DNA from: Pseudomonadota bacterium
GTDB taxonomy: Bacteria; Bdellovibrionota_B; Oligoflexia; Oligoflexales; CAIYRB01
Assembly (NCBI GenBank): GCA_031416315.1
Contig: JANOTL010000121.1
Coordinates: 1 to 43,331 of the forward strand
Length of the DNA stretch: 43,331 bases
Direction: 5' to 3'
Shown here piece after piece: positions 38,982-43,331 of this stretch. The first letter of the stretch is position 1, and each line of letters opens with the position of its first letter. The position numbers were made by a program, and so were the translations under genes. The notes under the pieces were generated by a model that did no database searches, was not told where the DNA came from, and saw only the letters and a list, made by a program, of their open reading frames with translations.

Positions 38982-40247
38982 ATGAAAGCCGAGGCCCTCA
39001 AGAAAGACTGGGAAACGAGCCCGCGTTGGAAAGGCGTCAAACGCCCCTACACGGCCGAAGAAGTGCTGGCGCTGCGCCCATCGATCGACGTCGAGTACAC
39101 GCTGGCCCGCAAGGGCGCCGAGCGGTTCTGGAACCAGATCAACGAAATGCCTTACGTGAACGCGCTCGGCGCGATGACCGGCGCGCAAGCGGTGCAGATG
39201 GTGAAGGCCGGCCTGAAGGCGATCTACATGAGTGGTTGGCAGGTCGCCGCCGACTCGAACCTCTCCGGCCAGACCTACCCGGACCAGAGTCTCTATCCCT
39301 CCAACAGCGTCCCCGCGCTCGTGCGTCGCGTGAACAACGCGCTGATGCGCGCCGACCTGATCGAGTGCGCCGAAGGCAAGAAGACGACCGACTGGTACGC
39401 TCCGATCCTAGCCGACGCCGAGGCCGGCTTCGGCGGCGCTCTGCACGCCTTCGAGCTGATGAAGGGCATGATCGAGGCCGGCGCCGCCGCCGTCCACTTC
39501 GAGGATCAGCTCGCCTCGGAGAAGAAGTGCGGCCACTTGGGCGGCAAGGTCCTCGTGCCGACCTCGCAGTTCATCCGCACGCTCACCGGCGCGCGTCTCG
39601 CGGCCGACGTCCTCGGCGTACCGACCTGCATCGTGGCGCGTACGGATGCCTTGGGCGCGACACTCTTGACCTCGGACATCGACGACGCGGACCGCGCCTT
39701 CGTGCACGGCAACCGCACGACGGAAGGCTTCTACCGCGTCAAATCCGGCCTCGACGCGGCGATCGCGCGCTCGCTCGCGTACGCGCCGTCCGCCGACCTC
39801 CTCTGGTTCGAGACCGGCACGCCCGACGTCGGCGAAGCGAAGGCCTTCGCGAAGGCGATCCACGAGAAGCATCCCGGGAAGCTTCTCGCCTACAACTGCT
39901 CTCCGTCCTTCAACTGGGAGAAGAAGCTCTCGCCCCCGCAGATCGCCAGCTTTCAGAAGGACCTGGGCGAGATGGGCTACAAGTTCCAGTTCATCACGCT
40001 CGCCGGCTGGCACTCGGTGAACTACCACATGTTCGACCTCGCACAGGGCTACGGCAAATCCGGAATGACCGCTTACGTCGACCTCCAGTCGAAAGAGTTC
40101 AAGCGCGAGACGGCGGGCTACACTGCGACGCGGCATCAGCGTGAAGTCGGGACGGGCTATTTCGACAAGGTTCTGACCACGATCGCCGGCGGCGAGTCGT
40201 CGACCGCGGCCCTGGCCGGATCAACTGAAGAAGAGCAATTTCACTGA
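38982..40247 (+). CDS. aceA: Isocitrate lyase
   Basis: [46 protein letters not shown]. Confidence 0.97.
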   Translation: MKAEALKKDWETSPRWKGVKRPYTAEEVLALRPSIDVEYTLARKGAERFWNQINEMPYVNALGAMTGAQAVQMVKAGLKAIYMSGWQVAADSNLSGQTYPDQSLYPSNSVPALVRRVNNALMRADLIECAEGKKTTDWYAPILADAEAGFGGALHAFELMKGMIEAGAAAVHFEDQLASEKKCGHLGGKVLVPTSQFIRTLTGARLAADVLGVPTCIVARTDALGATLLTSDIDDADRAFVHGNRTTEGFYRVKSGLDAAIARSLAYAPSADLLWFETGTPDVGEAKAFAKAIHEKHPGKLLAYNCSPSFNWEKKLSPPQIASFQKDLGEMGYKFQFITLAGWHSVNYHMFDLAQGYGKSGMTAYVDLQSKEFKRETAGYTATRHQREVGTGYFDKVLTTIAGGESSTAALAGSTEEEQFH

Positions 40248-40264
40248 CGAAGTAGGCGATCTGC

Positions 40265-40292
40265 TCAAGCTCGGCCAAGATTCTGCCGATGA
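40265..40292 (+). promoter_or_regulatory. Sigma28/FliA-like promoter (M48 lipoprotein)
   Basis: TCAA-N16-GCCGATGA, about 50 bp upstream of the GTG start. Confidence 0.6.
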
Positions 40293-40341
40293 ACCTCCCA
40301 CAAGCCTCATTTAAAGCTGTGGGATTCATTCGTGGAGGGCC

Positions 40342-41643
40342 GTGTTGCGGCTTTACTCGTCCATCGCCGTTCTCGCGTTTCTCGCCGTCGCCTGCAAAGA
40401 TTCCCCGCCGCGCATCGAGGCGGGGCAACCCGCGATGCGCTCCCAGCCGAGCGGAAGCGATGCCGTGCCCGGAAGCGGTGGAGGCGGCGAAAACCGTCCG
40501 GGCGGCGGCCGGGGCTCCGGCGGAGGGAGTCCTGGGCCGCAGACCGAGCCAGGAATGGAAAGACCTCCAGCTGAGCTCGCGACCTTCGAAGTTCTGAAAG
40601 CGAGCCTCAAAGGCTACCTTTTTCAGCCGGCCGATCTCGACAAGCTGACGGCTCTGGTCCTCAAATATCCCAAGCCCGAGTTCGAGCCGTTTCCCGACAC
40701 GAAGCTCTCGACCAAGTACGGCGAATACCGCCGCTTTTTCCAAGAGCAGCTAAACCAGGCGATGAAGCTAAAGAAGCTGGCGCCTGGACGCACTTTCGAC
40801 GTGCGGATCATCGAGGACGATTCCATGAACGCCAGCGCCGACGTCTTCCAGGTCGTGCGCATCAACACCGGCTACATCACGTACGGAACGCTCGATTCTT
40901 TTGTGTCGACCCTTTGCCACGAGATGGCGCATTCGACGCGCAATCACCCGGCAATCCCGCGGCCCGACATCGTCTTGGACTTCTTTAAGAAGTCGGACGA
41001 GTACTACACGAAGACGTACAACTTCGAGCTGGAAACATATCGCCACGACCGCGCCGCGTATCTCGCCCTGCGCGCAGAGTGGGACGCCGGGGTCGACAGG
41101 GCCGCCTCGAACTACTTGAAGCTCGCGGAGTCCGAGGCAGACATTGTCGGCGCCATGATTTGTGCCGTGATGGGAATGCCGCCACACGCTTTCATCAAAG
41201 GCTATCGCGAAGAGAAGGCGCGCAATGGCACGGGCATCATTCCGGGCGAGGAGAGCCACGCCAACGGCTTCGACCTCGCGCTCGGGCTCGCCGACATTAC
41301 GGTCGAGGACGGCAAGGACCTGACCGACGGTTTTGAGACGAAGCTCGGCTACGGCGAGCTCGACCGCTTTCTTTTCCCGGTCGACTCCCATCCCGGAGAG
41401 GACGAGCGCATCGAGCAGCTCGAGCGTGTCATCGCCAAGATCGATCCTTACTTCGACCCGTCCGGAAAGACCTACGCGGCCCTCAAGGGTCGTCTGCGCG
41501 ACGGCAATCCTACGGGAGCTGGTCTGACAGACTTGGTGCCGCGAGCCCGCCCAAGGCTGATCGTGAAGGCAGGCGCGATCTCGCTGTCCCTCCCGACGCA
41601 ACAGTCCTGCGCTCACACCAGACCGCGCCCTGCCGGAAAATGA
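40342..41643 (+). CDS. Lipoprotein, M48-like zinc metallopeptidase
   Basis: GGAGG RBS; lipobox AVAC; SMNASA, LCHEMAH, ESEADIVG, DSHPGEDERI. Confidence 0.8.
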   Translation: MLRLYSSIAVLAFLAVACKDSPPRIEAGQPAMRSQPSGSDAVPGSGGGGENRPGGGRGSGGGSPGPQTEPGMERPPAELATFEVLKASLKGYLFQPADLDKLTALVLKYPKPEFEPFPDTKLSTKYGEYRRFFQEQLNQAMKLKKLAPGRTFDVRIIEDDSMNASADVFQVVRINTGYITYGTLDSFVSTLCHEMAHSTRNHPAIPRPDIVLDFFKKSDEYYTKTYNFELETYRHDRAAYLALRAEWDAGVDRAASNYLKLAESEADIVGAMICAVMGMPPHAFIKGYREEKARNGTGIIPGEESHANGFDLALGLADITVEDGKDLTDGFETKLGYGELDRFLFPVDSHPGEDERIEQLERVIAKIDPYFDPSGKTYAALKGRLRDGNPTGAGLTDLVPRARPRLIVKAGAISLSLPTQQSCAHTRPRPAGK

Positions 41644-41750
41644 GGCGTCGACGCCGGAACCTCGGCTATAACACCATGGAACTCAAGCAGAATTCCTGAG
41701 CGTCGCGCCGGCTGTTGCGCTGACCCCCTTCGCGGCGCTATTCGTCACCC

Positions 41751-42473
41751 ATGGCCCGACTGAAAGAGCAGATCATCCTGTCGTGGAGCGGCGGTAAGGA
41801 CAGCGTCCTCGCCCTCTGGGACATGAAGAAAAGCGGACGTTTCGACGTCACCGCTCTCATGACGGTCGTCACCGAGCCAGACGAGCGCATCGCCTCGCAC
41901 GGCATCTCGCGGGCGCTCGTGGAGGAGCAGGCGCGCTCGCTCAACCTCCCCCTGATCGTCGTCCACGTTCCCGAGATGTGTCCCGACGGCGTGTACGTCG
42001 ACCGCGTCAATGCGATCCTGAAGGACTGCTGCGGCAACGGCATCCACAAGGTCGCCTTCGGCGACGTCTACCTTGACGACCTTCGCGACTTCCGCGAAGA
42101 GCAGCTCGATGCGATCGGTCTGTCCTGCTATTTCCCGCTCTGGAACCGCTGCACGAAGGAGCTGGCCTACGGCTTTCTCAACGCGCGCTTCAAAGCCGTG
42201 GTCACGGCCGTCGACGGCAACGTCCTCGGCCCCGAGTTCGCCGGCCGCGCCTTCGACCGCAGCTTGCTCGCCGACCTGCCGATCACCGCCGACCCCTGCG
42301 GCGAGAACGGCGAGTTCCACACCTTCGTCCACGACGGTCCTCTCTTCAGCATGCCGGTGACCGTGAAGCCGGGGCCGAAGCATTCGGGCGAGCGTTTCCA
42401 TTACTGCGACCTCGTCACGCGCCCTGCTACCCGCGTCATCGCCCGACGCCCGGCCTCATTCCGTCAGCGGTAA
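41751..42473 (+). CDS. PP-loop ATP-binding protein, diphthine-ammonia ligase/MJ0570-like family
   Basis: SWSGGKDS, VAFGDVYL, FPLW, DPCGENGEFHTFV. Confidence 0.9.
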   Translation: MARLKEQIILSWSGGKDSVLALWDMKKSGRFDVTALMTVVTEPDERIASHGISRALVEEQARSLNLPLIVVHVPEMCPDGVYVDRVNAILKDCCGNGIHKVAFGDVYLDDLRDFREEQLDAIGLSCYFPLWNRCTKELAYGFLNARFKAVVTAVDGNVLGPEFAGRAFDRSLLADLPITADPCGENGEFHTFVHDGPLFSMPVTVKPGPKHSGERFHYCDLVTRPATRVIARRPASFRQR

Positions 42474-43331
42474 GGTCATCACAAAGCGCGTGCGCTCGGA
42501 GAATTCGTCCAGCAAGAGCTTGCCGCCGTGGTTCTCCACGAGCCCGCGCGCGATGCTCAAGCCCAAGCCCGTGCCTCGACCGACGTCTTTTGTCGTGAAG
42601 AAGGGCTGGAAGAGCTTCGGCCGGAGGCGACTCGCAATGCCCGAGCCGCTGTCCGTAACGGCGATCTCGATCGTGCCTTGCCCCTCGAGGACGCACGCGG
42701 AGACTTCGATCCACTTTTCCTGACAGCGCTCGACGGCGTCGATCGAGTTCGAAATGAGGTTGAGAAGCACCTGCGAGATCTCGGTCGGCCGGCACTGCAG
42801 GGAGATCTCGGGAAGCTTCTCTACCAGCAGCTTAATGCCTTTGCTGCGGCAACGCTCGCGGCAAAGGTTGACCACGTCGTCGATCAGCACGGTGAACTTG
42901 CACGGCTGCAAAGAGTCGGTCGTGGTGTCACGCGCGAAGCTGCGCAGGCCGCGGATGACCGTCGCGATGCGCTGGACGGTTTGCTCGATACCGTCGAGCT
43001 GATCTCGGAAGCGGTTCGGGCTAGAGTCGATCTCGTTCAGCTGCGTCCGCAGCTTGTAGACGTACCCTTGGATGACGGTGAGCGGATTGTTCACCTCGTG
43101 GGCGATGCCGCTGGCCATCTCGCCCAGCGCCGACATTTTCGCCGAGTGGAAGAGCGCTTGCTGCTGCCTCACGATGAGCTCTCGCTGGCGCTTCGTCTCG
43201 GTGATGTCCTCCGAGATGCCGAGCATGTAGAGCGGCTCGCCTTGCGCGTCGCAGACCGCCATCTTCTTCGTGTGCAGATAGCGGCGACCGGAAGGGGCGT
43301 CGATCGTCTCCTCGGGGATGTCGACGAGCTG
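42456..43331 (-). CDS. PAS-domain sensor histidine kinase (5' end outside window)
   Basis: Frame open to the window edge; PAC motif LGISEDITE, GIAHEVNNPL, QVLLNLISNS, DSGSG, FFTTK, GTGLGLS. Confidence 0.92.
   Translation of the reverse strand, partial: QLVDIPEETIDAPSGRRYLHTKKMAVCDAQGEPLYMLGISEDITETKRQRELIVRQQQALFHSAKMSALGEMASGIAHEVNNPLTVIQGYVYKLRTQLNEIDSSPNRFRDQLDGIEQTVQRIATVIRGLRSFARDTTTDSLQPCKFTVLIDDVVNLCRERCRSKGIKLLVEKLPEISLQCRPTEISQVLLNLISNSIDAVERCQEKWIEVSACVLEGQGTIEIAVTDSGSGIASRLRPKLFQPFFTTKDVGRGTGLGLSIARGLVENHGGKLLLDEFSERTRFVMTLPLTE

Noticed and set aside
41676..41699. Short uORF MELKQNS upstream of the PP-loop ATPase
   Set aside because: Seven codons, no attenuator structure or regulatory codon bias; not supportable.

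Overview
A 43.3 kb, GC-rich bacterial chromosomal segment. Gene content suggests a Bdellovibrionota/Oligoflexia-like deltaproteobacterium; this is inference, not a marker-gene result. In order: (1) the distal half of a Tad/Flp pilus locus (secretin, two bitopic accessory proteins, three TadE/TadG-like pseudopilins, Flp pilin); (2) CoA-binding protein, NUDIX hydrolase and membrane adenylate cyclase; (3) an NHEJ-type LigD with intact phosphoesterase and polymerase but a catalytically degenerate, truncated ligase domain, followed by a ligase remnant and an internally deleted DUF72 gene; (4) two lipoproteins built on apparently dead protease folds (lethal-factor-like and caspase-like) with C-terminal cargo; (5) a mycobacterial-type HAD-UbiA/DprE1/DprE2 polyprenyl-pentose operon in one run with two exported proteins and flanked by an intact and a relic copy of an unknown DYSHG family; (6) M48 peptidases, thioesterase II, regulators; (7) acs, carbonic anhydrase, aceB, aceA; (8) a partial PAS histidine kinase. 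Five well-formed sigma28/FliA-like promoters with identical 16-nt spacers precede secreted and signalling genes. The best candidate for an undescribed system is a set of mostly sigma28-linked lipoproteins sharing a G/S-L-A/S-L junction motif between a carrier region and a cargo. No rRNA, tRNA, CRISPR array or transposase was seen. All family calls come from motif recognition by eye, without database searches.
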